In this document: piece after piece, positions 19,724 through 28,652 of the stretch | Layout: every line of letters starts with the position of its first letter | How positions within the stretch are numbered: position 1 is the stretch's first letter | Assembly (NCBI GenBank): GCA_049719515.1 | Contig: JBNARJ010000008.1 | Location: 43,035 to 107,034 of the forward strand | DNA length: 64,000 bases | Source of the DNA: Candidatus Saccharicenans sp. | Lineage (GTDB): Bacteria; Acidobacteriota; Aminicenantia; Aminicenantales; Saccharicenantaceae | Reading direction: 5' to 3' | Notes under the pieces: generated by a model | Seen by the model: only the letters and a program-made list of their open reading frames with translations | What the model was told of the DNA's origin: nothing | Databases searched by the model: none | Made by a program: the position numbers and the translations under genes

Positions 19724-20518
19724 TTGGTTTCAGTAACTATGAAAGAACTTTTAGAAGCTGGTGTTCATTTTGGCCATCAGACCCGTCGCTGGAATCCCAA
19801 GATGAAAGAATACATCTTTGGCCAGCGCAACGGTATATACATCATTGACCTGCAGAAAACCATCAAAAATTTCAAAGAAGCCCTGCAGTTTGTGCGCAGC
19901 GTGGCGGAAAGTGGCAAGGACATCCTGTTTGTTGGCACCAAGAAGCAGGCTCAGGATATCATCCGCGATTATGCCACAAAATGCGAATCGAGTTATGTCA
20001 ACCAGCGCTGGTTGGGCGGCCTTCTGACTAACTTCAAGGTAATCAGAGCCAGCGTGGAAAAACTGATCGAGATGGATGAAATGAGAGAGGACGGGCGCTG
20101 GGAACTTCTTTCCAAAAAAGAGCAGTCCAGAAAGGAAAAGCTGTACCGCAAGCTGCAAAAAAACCTGGGCGGGCTTAAAAAAATGACCGAGCTGCCGGGC
20201 GCTGTTTTTATCATTGACTCTTCCAAGGAAGAAATTGCCATCCAGGAAGCCAGAAAGATGAAAATTCCTATTGTGGCGGTAGTCGATACCAACGGCGACC
20301 CGGAGGTGATTGATTATCCCATCCCGGGCAATGATGATGCGGTCCGGGCTATTGAGCTTTTTGCTTCTAAAATAGCGGAAGCCATCATTGAGGGTAAAAA
20401 GGCCAGGCTGACCCAGGGAATGATGGAAGAGAAGAAGGAAGAGGTTCCGGCAGAAGCAGCCACCCCGGCTACAGAAGGACAGTCGCCAGAAACTGAAACA
20501 GCGGATAAGACTGAATAA
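19724..20518 (+). CDS. rpsB: 30S ribosomal protein S2
   Basis: Motifs [28 protein letters not shown] and IPGNDDA. TTG start. Confidence 0.98.
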   Translation: MVSVTMKELLEAGVHFGHQTRRWNPKMKEYIFGQRNGIYIIDLQKTIKNFKEALQFVRSVAESGKDILFVGTKKQAQDIIRDYATKCESSYVNQRWLGGLLTNFKVIRASVEKLIEMDEMREDGRWELLSKKEQSRKEKLYRKLQKNLGGLKKMTELPGAVFIIDSSKEEIAIQEARKMKIPIVAVVDTNGDPEVIDYPIPGNDDAVRAIELFASKIAEAIIEGKKARLTQGMMEEKKEEVPAEAATPATEGQSPETETADKTE

Positions 20519-20544
20519 CTTAAGATATTAAAAGGAGTTGAACC

Positions 20545-21141
20545 ATGGAAATCACGGCTGAAATGGTTAAAGAATTAAGAAATAGAACGGGCATCGGGGT
20601 AATGGAATGCAAGGAAGCCTTGCAGGAAGCTAACGGCGATATCGAAAAAGCCATAGAAATTTTGAGAAAAAAAGGCCATGCCCGAGCCCAGGAAAAAGCC
20701 ACCAAGGAAGCGGCTGACGGTATTGTTGGTTCTTACGTTCATGCCACCAACCGCATCGGCGTTTTGATCGAAGTCAACTGCGAGACCGACTTCGTGGCCC
20801 GCAACGAAGAATTCAAGGAACTGGTGAAGAACCTGGCCATGCAGGTGGCGGCCGCCAATCCTCAGTACATTTCTCCGGAAGATATTCCGGCGGAAGTAAT
20901 TGAAAGGGAAAAGGAAATAATCAAGGCTCAGCTGCAGGATTCGAAAAAACCGGCGGAGATTATCGAAAAAATAGTCCAAGGTAAACTGGCCAAATTCTAT
21001 GAGGAAGTTTGCCTGCTTGACCAGCCCTACATAAAAGATGATAAAATAAAGGTCAGAGACCTGGTGAATTCTCACATCTCCAAGTTCGGCGAGAACATCA
21101 AGGTCAGAAGGTTTGTCAGGTACGAAATAGGCAAATATTAA
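20545..21141 (+). CDS. tsf: Elongation factor Ts (short, 198-aa type)
   Basis: Motifs VKELR.RTG.G.M.CK.AL and [10 protein letters not shown]. Confidence 0.98.
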   Translation: MEITAEMVKELRNRTGIGVMECKEALQEANGDIEKAIEILRKKGHARAQEKATKEAADGIVGSYVHATNRIGVLIEVNCETDFVARNEEFKELVKNLAMQVAAANPQYISPEDIPAEVIEREKEIIKAQLQDSKKPAEIIEKIVQGKLAKFYEEVCLLDQPYIKDDKIKVRDLVNSHISKFGENIKVRRFVRYEIGKY

Positions 21142-21159
21142 TTCTGGTAGATAGATAAT

Positions 21160-21879
21160 ATGGAAGAGGGCAAGCCAGTTTACAGAAGAGTTCTTCTGAA
21201 ACTTTCGGGAGAAGCTCTTCTCGGGGATCAGCCCTACGGTATAGATTTCAAAAAGACCCGCAACATTGCCGCTGAAATAAAACAGATTCACGACCTGGGT
21301 GTGGATGTGGCCATCATGATTGGGGGCGGCAATATCTTTCGCGGAGCCAGAGGCGTAAATGAGGGGATGGATCGGGTTTCGGCTGACCACATCGGCTTGC
21401 TGGCCACCATCATAAACGGCATAGCTCTCCAAGATGCTCTGGAGAAGGAAGGCCTGAACACCAGGTTAATTTCAGCGTTGGAAATAAAGGCGGTGGCGGA
21501 ACCGTTTATCAGACGCCGCGTCCTCCGGCACCTGGAGAAAAAAAGGGTAGTGATTTTTACCGCCGGGCTGGGCAGCCCTTATTTCACGACCGATACGGCC
21601 GCGGTTCTGCGGGCCTTGGAAATTAAAGCTGATGTCATACTCAAAGCCACCAAGGTGGACGGGGTTTATTCAGCTGACCCGATGGTCGACCCCACCGCTA
21701 TCAGGTACGAAGACATAAATTACTTGGATGTCTTGCAGCATGAGTTGAAAGTCATGGACAGCACAGCCATCTCGCTGTGCAAGGACAATAAACTGCAAAT
21801 CATTGTTTTTAATCTGAATGTTCCCGGCAACATCAAGAGAGCCATCACGGGCGAAAAGGTCGGGACCAGAGTTTCTTGA
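21160..21879 (+). CDS. pyrH: UMP kinase
   Basis: Motifs [28 protein letters not shown] and KVDGVY. Confidence 0.98.
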   Translation: MEEGKPVYRRVLLKLSGEALLGDQPYGIDFKKTRNIAAEIKQIHDLGVDVAIMIGGGNIFRGARGVNEGMDRVSADHIGLLATIINGIALQDALEKEGLNTRLISALEIKAVAEPFIRRRVLRHLEKKRVVIFTAGLGSPYFTTDTAAVLRALEIKADVILKATKVDGVYSADPMVDPTAIRYEDINYLDVLQHELKVMDSTAISLCKDNKLQIIVFNLNVPGNIKRAITGEKVGTRVS

Positions 21880-21912
21880 TCTTTCTTTTATTCTCTTCTA
21901 AGGAGGGCAAAC

Positions 21913-22470
21913 ATGGTGAAAGATGTCTTAAGAGACCTGGAAAAAAAGATGAAAGCTTCAATAGATCATTTCCGGAAAGAGATAAGCAAATTGCGGACCG
22001 GGCGGGCCAACATCAGCATTTTTGAAGATATAAAGGTTATGTACTACGGCACGCCGACGCCGATAAACCAGGTGGCGACCATCGGTGTGCCCGACCCGAC
22101 CCTCATCACGGTTCAGCCCTGGGACCCGAGCCTGATGGAAGCCGTGGAAAAAGCTATTCGCGCTTCTGATTTCGGGTTTAACCCCATCAATGACGGCCGG
22201 GTGATTAAGGTGCCGGTTCCGCCGCTGGATGAGGAAAGAAGAAAAGAGCTGGCCAAAAAAGTCAGCAAGATGCTGGAAGAAGAAAAAACCGCCCTGAGGA
22301 ACATGAGGCGGGAAAGCAAGGAATACATCGAAAAGCTGGAAAAAGACAAAAAAATTACCGAAGATGATAAATTCCAGGGACTGGAAAAACTGCAACAATT
22401 GCTTGATCAGTATATTAAGCAGGCTGAAGAAATTGCCTCGGCCAAGGAAAAGGAAATCCTGGAAGCCTGA
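21913..22470 (+). CDS. frr: Ribosome recycling factor
   Basis: Motifs LRTGRA, YYGTPTP, PPLDEERRKEL.K and RN.RR. Confidence 0.98.
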   Translation: MVKDVLRDLEKKMKASIDHFRKEISKLRTGRANISIFEDIKVMYYGTPTPINQVATIGVPDPTLITVQPWDPSLMEAVEKAIRASDFGFNPINDGRVIKVPVPPLDEERRKELAKKVSKMLEEEKTALRNMRRESKEYIEKLEKDKKITEDDKFQGLEKLQQLLDQYIKQAEEIASAKEKEILEA

Positions 22471-22752
22471 GTTTCAGGCGTGGCTGCGCCAATTATCTCT
22501 CCAATCATCTGCTGACGTGAAGATATGTCATTTCCGTTTTTAATGGGATGATAATCTTTCCAAAAAAAAAGCCCATTCTTTGCCCTGTAACTCTAAGTAA
22601 GAGCCGCGATCGTATTGAGTCGCGGGCGAAAAAAGCTCTAAGTTAGTACCCGTTTGCTGACCAGAAATCTCAGACTCCGCATTCTGCTGTTGGTTATTAC
22701 TGGCGGCTGGGCAAAATGTCCTGTGAGCCGAAATCAAATTTAATTATGGTGT

Positions 22753-23694
22753 CTAAACCTGGCGTTTAAACCAGTTATCCAGAGTACCAAACCTCGTTCT
22801 GAGAGCTGCACCCCAGACCAAAAAGCTAACCACCAGGGAAAAGAGGAACCCCACGATTGGTATCAGGCCGAAAAAGAAAGACAGCAGGAGGCCGATAATC
22901 GAGGTCCAAATGATGTGCGGCATCTTCTGGACACCCAGGGCTTTCAGGAAAGACTGACCGAAGAAAAATGAAAAAGCCGTTCCGCCGAAAATTTTGATGA
23001 TCAGGCCAAGAGAAAGGAGGACAAAAAACAGCGGAATGCCTATCAGAATAAACATAAGGATGGCAGAAAGGGCTATCAGCCCGACATAAATGACCATAGC
23101 GGCCAGCCCAAGGCCCAGCACCGGCCAAAAATCACTCTGAATCTTGCTGGCAGCCAGGTTGACCTGCCTGGGAAAAAGCCCGGCCACGAATACGGTCAGC
23201 AGAAGGCCGAAAAACAGCGATATCAATTTAAGAGCCAGGAAAAGGGTGCCCAGCGGGAAGAAAATCCCTTTTTTGAAGAATTCGCCGGTCAGTTTTCTGC
23301 CGCTCGGGAAGAACACCGTATCTCCTTTGACCAGGCATCCGGGTTGTTTTTCCAACGAACCCCCGAGCACCACCACATCCTGGTTGACCACGGCGGTGGG
23401 CTTTATGACCACCCGGCTGCCCAGGCCAACGACTGACCCCCCAACTTCACCGCTGACCACGATTTCACCACCGAAGACCACCACACTTTCTTTGACCTGC
23501 CCTTCGACCAGCACGCGGCTGTCAAAAGCCAGGATGTTTTTCTCGGTTTCCCCGGCGGCCACGATTATTTCCCTGTGAAACCGGTCCGGCTCCTGGCCGG
23601 CTGGCCACCACCTCCCGCTCAGGCCGGTGTTCAGGCTCAAGAGCAGTATGGTAAATGTTACGATTATTAAATAAGTATTACGAATCGCCTTCAT
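22753..23694 (-). CDS. Membrane protein with N-terminal bactofilin-like beta-helix repeats and about 5 C-terminal TM helices
   Basis: Signal peptide, repeated V.G.V..(S/D)VV..GG units and a hydrophobic C-terminal half. Confidence 0.7.
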   Translation of the reverse strand: MKAIRNTYLIIVTFTILLLSLNTGLSGRWWPAGQEPDRFHREIIVAAGETEKNILAFDSRVLVEGQVKESVVVFGGEIVVSGEVGGSVVGLGSRVVIKPTAVVNQDVVVLGGSLEKQPGCLVKGDTVFFPSGRKLTGEFFKKGIFFPLGTLFLALKLISLFFGLLLTVFVAGLFPRQVNLAASKIQSDFWPVLGLGLAAMVIYVGLIALSAILMFILIGIPLFFVLLSLGLIIKIFGGTAFSFFFGQSFLKALGVQKMPHIIWTSIIGLLLSFFFGLIPIVGFLFSLVVSFLVWGAALRTRFGTLDNWFKRQV

Positions 23695-23697
23695 TTT

Positions 23698-24267
23698 TCA
23701 GCTCCTTTCGGAGAGTTTGAGATTTTTAATCAGGCAGAAAGCCATGGCAATAGAAAGGAAAATACCCAGCAAAAACAGGGCCAGAGTCACAGCGGGGGGT
23801 AACAGGTTAGCCAGGAAATTGATGATTACTTTCCCGCTGAGGCTGAAGGATTTGACCAGGGCCTGCAGGTATTTAAAGCCCAAGAAAATTAGTCGGCTGA
23901 TGTCCAGAGCCAGGGTAAAAATATGTTTGAGGATTTCCCAGGTCCAAGACATGACCTTTAAGCGGGTGGCCAATACCCAAAAAACTATAGTCAAGTTAAA
24001 AAGGAGATAAAGGCCGCCAGCCGCGGCCACCACCCAGATTTTTTTCGGACTCAGCTCAGGCAGCCCGCTCATCACCTGCCGGGCGAATTCCTGAGGTGGC
24101 TCTAATCTTGGCAGACGGTTTAGCCCTTCCAGCAGAGCCTGCCGCCGGAGCAAGGCTTCCTGACAGCGGGAGCAGGACTTCAGGTGCTCTTCGACCTTGG
24201 CCCTCTGGTCTCCGGCCATCTCCTTTTCCAGGTAATCGTAGATTTCACCTGGCCTGAGGCAACTCAT
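23698..24267 (-). CDS. Zinc-binding (ZAS/zf-HC2) anti-sigma factor, membrane-bound
   Basis: N-terminal C...HLKSCSRC motif followed by TM helices; overlaps the sigma factor stop codon. Confidence 0.9.
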   Translation of the reverse strand: MSCLRPGEIYDYLEKEMAGDQRAKVEEHLKSCSRCQEALLRRQALLEGLNRLPRLEPPQEFARQVMSGLPELSPKKIWVVAAAGGLYLLFNLTIVFWVLATRLKVMSWTWEILKHIFTLALDISRLIFLGFKYLQALVKSFSLSGKVIINFLANLLPPAVTLALFLLGIFLSIAMAFCLIKNLKLSERS

Positions 24268-24848
24268 GTTTCCTCCAGCAATGCTCGAATTAATTCCTTG
24301 GCCTGGAAGACCCTGTTTTTCACCGTGCCCACCGGCAGGTTTTTGATCCGGGCAATTTCTTCGTAAGAAAAATCGTTGATGTGCCTGAGGATGAAAAGTT
24401 CCCGCAAGTTTTCCGGCAGCCTGGAAATGGCCCGGGAAAGGTTTTCCATCGTTATTTTCCTTTCATACTGTTCGGCCGCAGATGGTTCAAGGTCGGGCAG
24501 CTGGAGCGGAGCATGCTGGTCGTCATCCACCTGGGCGTCCAGGAAAACCAGCGGTAACTTCTTTTTTCTCCAGTAATCAATAAGCAGGTTTGAGGCAATG
24601 CGAAAAAGCCAGGTGGAGAACTGGAAGTTTTCCTTGTAGGTATGCAGGTTGGCGTAAGCCCTCAGGAAAACTTCTTGCGTCATCTCCAGGCTCAATTCTC
24701 TCTCCTGTATCATCCTGAAAAAATAATTCAGCAGGGGAGTCTGGTACTTCCGCACGATAAACTCAAAAGCCTGCCTCTCTCCCCGGAGACAGCGGCGGAC
24801 ATAACTTTTGTCCTCATTTTCGACCATCTTATGATTCTTTTTATTCAT
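24264..24848 (-). CDS. ECF RNA polymerase sigma factor (SigW-like); true start probably 24827
   Basis: Region 2 motif QEVFLRAY..L..Y...FSTWLFRIA.N..ID and region 4 motif SYEEIA....PVGTVK.R. Confidence 0.95.
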   Translation of the reverse strand: MNKKNHKMVENEDKSYVRRCLRGERQAFEFIVRKYQTPLLNYFFRMIQERELSLEMTQEVFLRAYANLHTYKENFQFSTWLFRIASNLLIDYWRKKKLPLVFLDAQVDDDQHAPLQLPDLEPSAAEQYERKITMENLSRAISRLPENLRELFILRHINDFSYEEIARIKNLPVGTVKNRVFQAKELIRALLEET

Positions 24849-24873
24849 ACGAAAAAGGGTTAGAAAGGTTTAG
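24848..24873 (-). promoter_or_regulatory. ECF (SigW-type) autoregulatory promoter
   Basis: Minus strand reads CTAAAC-N16-CGTA, compared with the SigW consensus TGAAAC-N16-CGTA. Confidence 0.7.
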
Positions 24874-25592
24874 TCAGCCGGGCTCTTGCTGACCGGGGAT
24901 TCGATAATTTCACAGTCAGGTGGGACTCTGAGTTCAAATAATTTGTCTGGGAGCGAGGCCGGGGTTTTCAGACGGTTAAACCAGTATTCCAGCTTGTTGC
25001 CCGCCTGGTCAAAAAAGACAGCTTTGGTAATCAGCCAGCTCGCCCGGTCAATTTCCAAAAGTATGTACTTAAAGTCGCTTTCTTCCCTGGGCGTGAGTTT
25101 AATCTGGTAGACATTCTGACGGTCAGATGGGAAAGAGTTAAAACTGATAAAATATCGTTCAACAAGATGATAATTTCCGGTGATTAAACTCAGGATTTCA
25201 GATTCATGCCCGGGGGAATCAACGGCGTTTTTTATCAATTGCTTGTCTTCAGGAAAATAAAGCCAGAACTGACCCGCCTGGTAAAGAAAAATTTGTTTCT
25301 CCGGAGCTTCATATTCCCAGCGCATGCGGTCCGGCTTCCGGAGGTAAAATTTGCCGTGGCCGGTTAGCGGTTCGGGGTTCGCCGTAGAATAATAAAATTG
25401 TTTGAACTCTGCCTGAAGGGCCGTGATGGATTTAAGCTTGACTTCCAGTTTCAGAGCTATTTCTTCTGGCGTCAGACCGGTTTTTACCTGAGAGAAGGAC
25501 AGGCTGGCCAGCCCCAGAGCCAGAAAAAGAATTATTGCCAGTCTGGGCGGCAGGACAGCAGCTATGATTTGTTTCAGGTTGTTCTTAGCCAT
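24870..25592 (-). CDS. lolA: Outer-membrane lipoprotein carrier protein LolA family
   Basis: Motifs LQAEFKQ, G.F.L.KP..MRWEY..P..Q and F....P. Confidence 0.88.
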   Translation of the reverse strand: MAKNNLKQIIAAVLPPRLAIILFLALGLASLSFSQVKTGLTPEEIALKLEVKLKSITALQAEFKQFYYSTANPEPLTGHGKFYLRKPDRMRWEYEAPEKQIFLYQAGQFWLYFPEDKQLIKNAVDSPGHESEILSLITGNYHLVERYFISFNSFPSDRQNVYQIKLTPREESDFKYILLEIDRASWLITKAVFFDQAGNKLEYWFNRLKTPASLPDKLFELRVPPDCEIIESPVSKSPAD

Positions 25593-25771
25593 TTCAGTTT
25601 CCTTCTAATCTGACGGCTCTGCTGGGTGAAAAAAATTTCACTCTGCTTATTTTCCCCTGCTCACCCGATAATGTCAATCTGAAACAGAGGCCATAAGCGG
25701 CCTGTTTTCTTTTCTTGACAACTGAGCCAAAAGCAGCTAAAAGAAAAGGGAAATTATTCTGGAGGGAATGT

Positions 25772-26560
25772 ATGGATAGAAAGTCAATAACGGCAGGATT
25801 GTTTGTTTTAGCGGTGCTGACCTGTCTGTTTAGCCCTGGTTATAGTCAGACGGCGGCCGAGTTTATCAAAGCGGGGGATGAGTATTATGCTAAATGGGAA
25901 GACCAGAAGGCCCTGGAGGAATACCTTAAGGCTCTGCAGCTTGAGCCGAATAATTACGAAGCTCTGTGGAAGGCAGCCCGAGGATACGTGGACGTCGGAG
26001 ATTTAGTGCCGGGAAAAGGGAAAGAAGCTGACAGCAAAAGGTTTGACCTTTATCTCAAAGCTGAAAAATATGCCGAGAAAGCGGTGAATGTGAACCCTAA
26101 TGACACGTGGGGGCATTTCTTCCTGTCTGCTGCCCTGGGTAAAAAAGTTTTACTCCTTGGGAAAAAAGAGCAAATAGATGTCTCCAAAAAAGTAAAGGCC
26201 GAAATCGATAAAGCCATCGAACTGGACCCCAACAACGACCTGGCCTACCACGCTCTCGGGCGGTGGCACCGGAGGATGGCAGAAATAGGCGGAGCCAAGA
26301 GAGCCATCGGCAGCCTGCTTTATGGCTCTATTCCTAAGGGTTCTTTTGAAGAATCAGAAAAATGGCTCAAAAAAGCCGTAGAGCTAAAACCTGATTACAT
26401 CAACCATCACCTGGAACTTGGACGCACTTATCTGGCCATGGGCAAAAAAGACCTGGCGGCGGCCGAGTTCCAAAAATGCCTGGAACTGCCGGAAGCCTCC
26501 TCCAAGGATAAAAGCCTCAAAGAAGAAGCTCGAGAAGAGCTGGAGAAACTGAAAAAATAA
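25772..26560 (+). CDS. Secreted TPR protein resembling the eukaryotic RMDN/PTPIP51 TPR domain
   Basis: Signal peptide, ALWKAAR, KAIELDPNNDLAYHALGRWH...R.I...LYG..P..SFEE and HLELGRTY. ATG at 25772 follows GGAGG. Confidence 0.75.
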   Translation: MDRKSITAGLFVLAVLTCLFSPGYSQTAAEFIKAGDEYYAKWEDQKALEEYLKALQLEPNNYEALWKAARGYVDVGDLVPGKGKEADSKRFDLYLKAEKYAEKAVNVNPNDTWGHFFLSAALGKKVLLLGKKEQIDVSKKVKAEIDKAIELDPNNDLAYHALGRWHRRMAEIGGAKRAIGSLLYGSIPKGSFEESEKWLKKAVELKPDYINHHLELGRTYLAMGKKDLAAAEFQKCLELPEASSKDKSLKEEAREELEKLKK

Positions 26561-26727
26561 AAATGTGGCCATAATTCTTAAAAAGATTTAATAAGTTTGG
26601 TCGTTTCTGCTTTTCCGGGAGTACATTCAGAGAAGTTTAGGCTCATAGGTATAATAAAAAGCCGGCCGGTGAATATCTTCGGGAGAGAGCTTTAACGGAT
26701 TTTTTGAAACTCATCGGTGTTACTTTA

Positions 26728-26755
26728 AATTGACATAAATATACTTAAACGGCCA
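26728..26755 (-). other. Putative dif (XerCD) site
   Basis: Minus strand reads TGGCCGTTTAA-GTATAT-TTATGTCAATT, an 11-6-11 layout. The XerD arm matches E. coli dif at 9/11 positions. It is intergenic between convergent genes. Confidence 0.65.
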
Positions 26756-26964
26756 GGCACAAATTTTGCGGTTGATGCTTCATAATCTCTCATTTTTACT
26801 CGCAAGAAATTATCCACAGGAAGGTCGGATAAGAGATAATTTTAAACCGGGGATGGGGATCAGAAAAAGCGCTGGCCATTCAAGACTTTTTGCCAGCTGA
26901 AAATAGCCTGGAGCAAACTTTAAACCGCAGAAAGCGCGGCGGGTATCTGGTATGGCGGCGGCCT

Positions 26965-27525
26965 TTACTCTTCCGAGAAAACCTGAGCTTCAAACACTTT
27001 TATTTCCACGCCGCGCCGCCATTCATCCGGCGGCAAACCGGCTTTTAAGCATCCGTGCGACAGGTAAGTTTCCAGGTCCCAGCCGTATTCCAGCGGAACC
27101 TGCGGCAGGAGCAAACCCTGGTTGAATCCTTTGCTGATGATAATCCCGTGCCGTCCGACGACTACTTCTTCCGGACGGTTCACCTTTCTGGGCAAACTCA
27201 GGACAGAAATTTCAACCTTGAGTTCATCAAGCTCATCCGGTGATACGGAAGGGAAACGGTAGTCTTCCGTGGCCGCCGCTATGGCCACATCTATGATAGT
27301 TTCGTAAAGCGGCTTGTAAGGAAGGGGATAACCGATGCAGCCTCGCAGCTCTCCCCTGACGTGAAGGGTGACAAAAGCACCCTGTTTCTGCTGCAGACGG
27401 GGGTTATCGACTTTGACTTTAATTTTTTCTCCGGTTTTCAAATAATTTTCAATAGCCTGCCTGGCCAGTTTTAAAAGGAAAGCCTGCTCTTCGGTGGTCA
27501 GCGCTCTATCTTCATGTTCCGTCAT
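26965..27525 (-). CDS. amrA: AMMECR1 domain protein (AmmeMemoRadiSam system protein A)
   Basis: Motifs GAFVTL, LRGCIG, AA.ED.RF, EISVLS, GLLLPQV and KAGL. Confidence 0.93.
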   Translation of the reverse strand: MTEHEDRALTTEEQAFLLKLARQAIENYLKTGEKIKVKVDNPRLQQKQGAFVTLHVRGELRGCIGYPLPYKPLYETIIDVAIAAATEDYRFPSVSPDELDELKVEISVLSLPRKVNRPEEVVVGRHGIIISKGFNQGLLLPQVPLEYGWDLETYLSHGCLKAGLPPDEWRRGVEIKVFEAQVFSEE

Positions 27526-27922
27526 TTTTGTCCTCCACCTCCAAAATTAGGCGCTCGAGCGGGACGAAAGAAAATCGCCCCTCGAACTGAATCATCTTGG
27601 CTCTGGCCTTAATCTCCTTCTTGCGGTCGAGGACTAAGGAAAGATAGATTTTTTCGGTAAAGAGCGGCTGCAGCAACAATTTCTTTCTGTCAGAAGAGGG
27701 GCCAAGCTCAAAAACCCCCAGTACTGACCAGCGGCCGAGCCTTTCCACTTCCTGAAAAAACTCCGGTTGAAGAAGTTTCTTCCAGTGAACAAAATGTGTT
27801 TTTTCTACTACCAGGGCGGCTCCCAGACGACGTCCGAGAAGATATCCGGAATTAAAAAGGTTACCGCTCCTGAGAGCCAAGGATAGCTCTTTTAATGGTT
27901 CTTGTAAGATGACCAGGTCCAT
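27512..27922 (-). CDS. Hypothetical protein, possibly a degenerate JAB/MPN fold
   Basis: Overlaps the amrA start. GYLLG...VV..VLGVF pattern. A promoter at 27935-27964 places the start at 27922 or 27928, not 28009. Confidence 0.6.
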   Translation of the reverse strand: MDLVILQEPLKELSLALRSGNLFNSGYLLGRRLGAALVVEKTHFVHWKKLLQPEFFQEVERLGRWSVLGVFELGPSSDRKKLLLQPLFTEKIYLSLVLDRKKEIKARAKMIQFEGRFSFVPLERLILEVEDKNDGT

Positions 27923-27934
27923 TTTCACGCTGGC

Positions 27935-27999
27935 ATTATAACATACTCCGTAAAAGGCTGACAAAAATTGCTTGACGCCGGAGTTCTGGTTAACATAAT
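27935..27999. promoter_or_regulatory. Divergent sigma70 promoters
   Basis: Minus strand TTGTCA-N18-TATAAT with extended TG (27964-27935). Plus strand TTGACG-N16-CATAAT (27972-27999). Confidence 0.6.
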
Positions 28000-28019
28000 A
28001 TGAAGGCAAGGGCAGGCTG

Positions 28020-28640
28020 ATGAGTTACCAACTGCTGATTGTCGGGCCGCTGGAAACAAATTGCTATCTTTATTTTTGCCCGGAAACCAGGGATTGTGCC
28101 ATCATTGACCCAGGCGCCGAAGCAGAAAGAATATTTCCGGTGGTGACGGAACTGAACCTGAAACCCGTGCTCATCCTGAACACGCATGGTCACGTTGACC
28201 ATATCGGAGCCAATGTCGAAGTCAAGGAGCGTTATCACATTCCCATTGCCCTCCATTCTGCAGACCTGCCCATGCTCGAGGAAAATGTTCAGTTGGAGTT
28301 TGGGCTGATGCTGGGAGCCAAGCCCAGCCCGCCACCCGACCGTCTGTTGGCCGATGGTGATGAAATTAAAATAGGCAAGACAGTTTTAAAGGTGATACAC
28401 ACTCCGGGCCATACCCCGGGCAGCGTTTGTTTTTATGCCGATGGCCTTTTGTTTTCCGGAGACACCTTATTCTGCGGCGGGGTTGGCCGAACCGATTTGC
28501 CCGGCGGTTCCTGGAAACAGCTGGCTCAATCTCTTCGCTCTCGGGTTTTAGTGCTTCCCGACGAAACGGTTGTCCTGCCGGGACACGGGCCAAAGACGAC
28601 CATCGGCGAGGAAAAAGAGTCCAACCCATTCCTGGAATAG
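28020..28640 (+). CDS. MBL-fold metallo-hydrolase (glyoxalase II/YcbL-like)
   Basis: Motifs THGHVDH, TPGHTPG, FSGDTLF..G.GRTD and PGHG. Confidence 0.93.
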   Translation: MSYQLLIVGPLETNCYLYFCPETRDCAIIDPGAEAERIFPVVTELNLKPVLILNTHGHVDHIGANVEVKERYHIPIALHSADLPMLEENVQLEFGLMLGAKPSPPPDRLLADGDEIKIGKTVLKVIHTPGHTPGSVCFYADGLLFSGDTLFCGGVGRTDLPGGSWKQLAQSLRSRVLVLPDETVVLPGHGPKTTIGEEKESNPFLE

Positions 28641-28652
28641 AATCGTTTCAGA

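Noticed and set aside
20575-21432. 285-aa minus-strand ORF
   Set aside because: Antisense shadow of tsf and pyrH.
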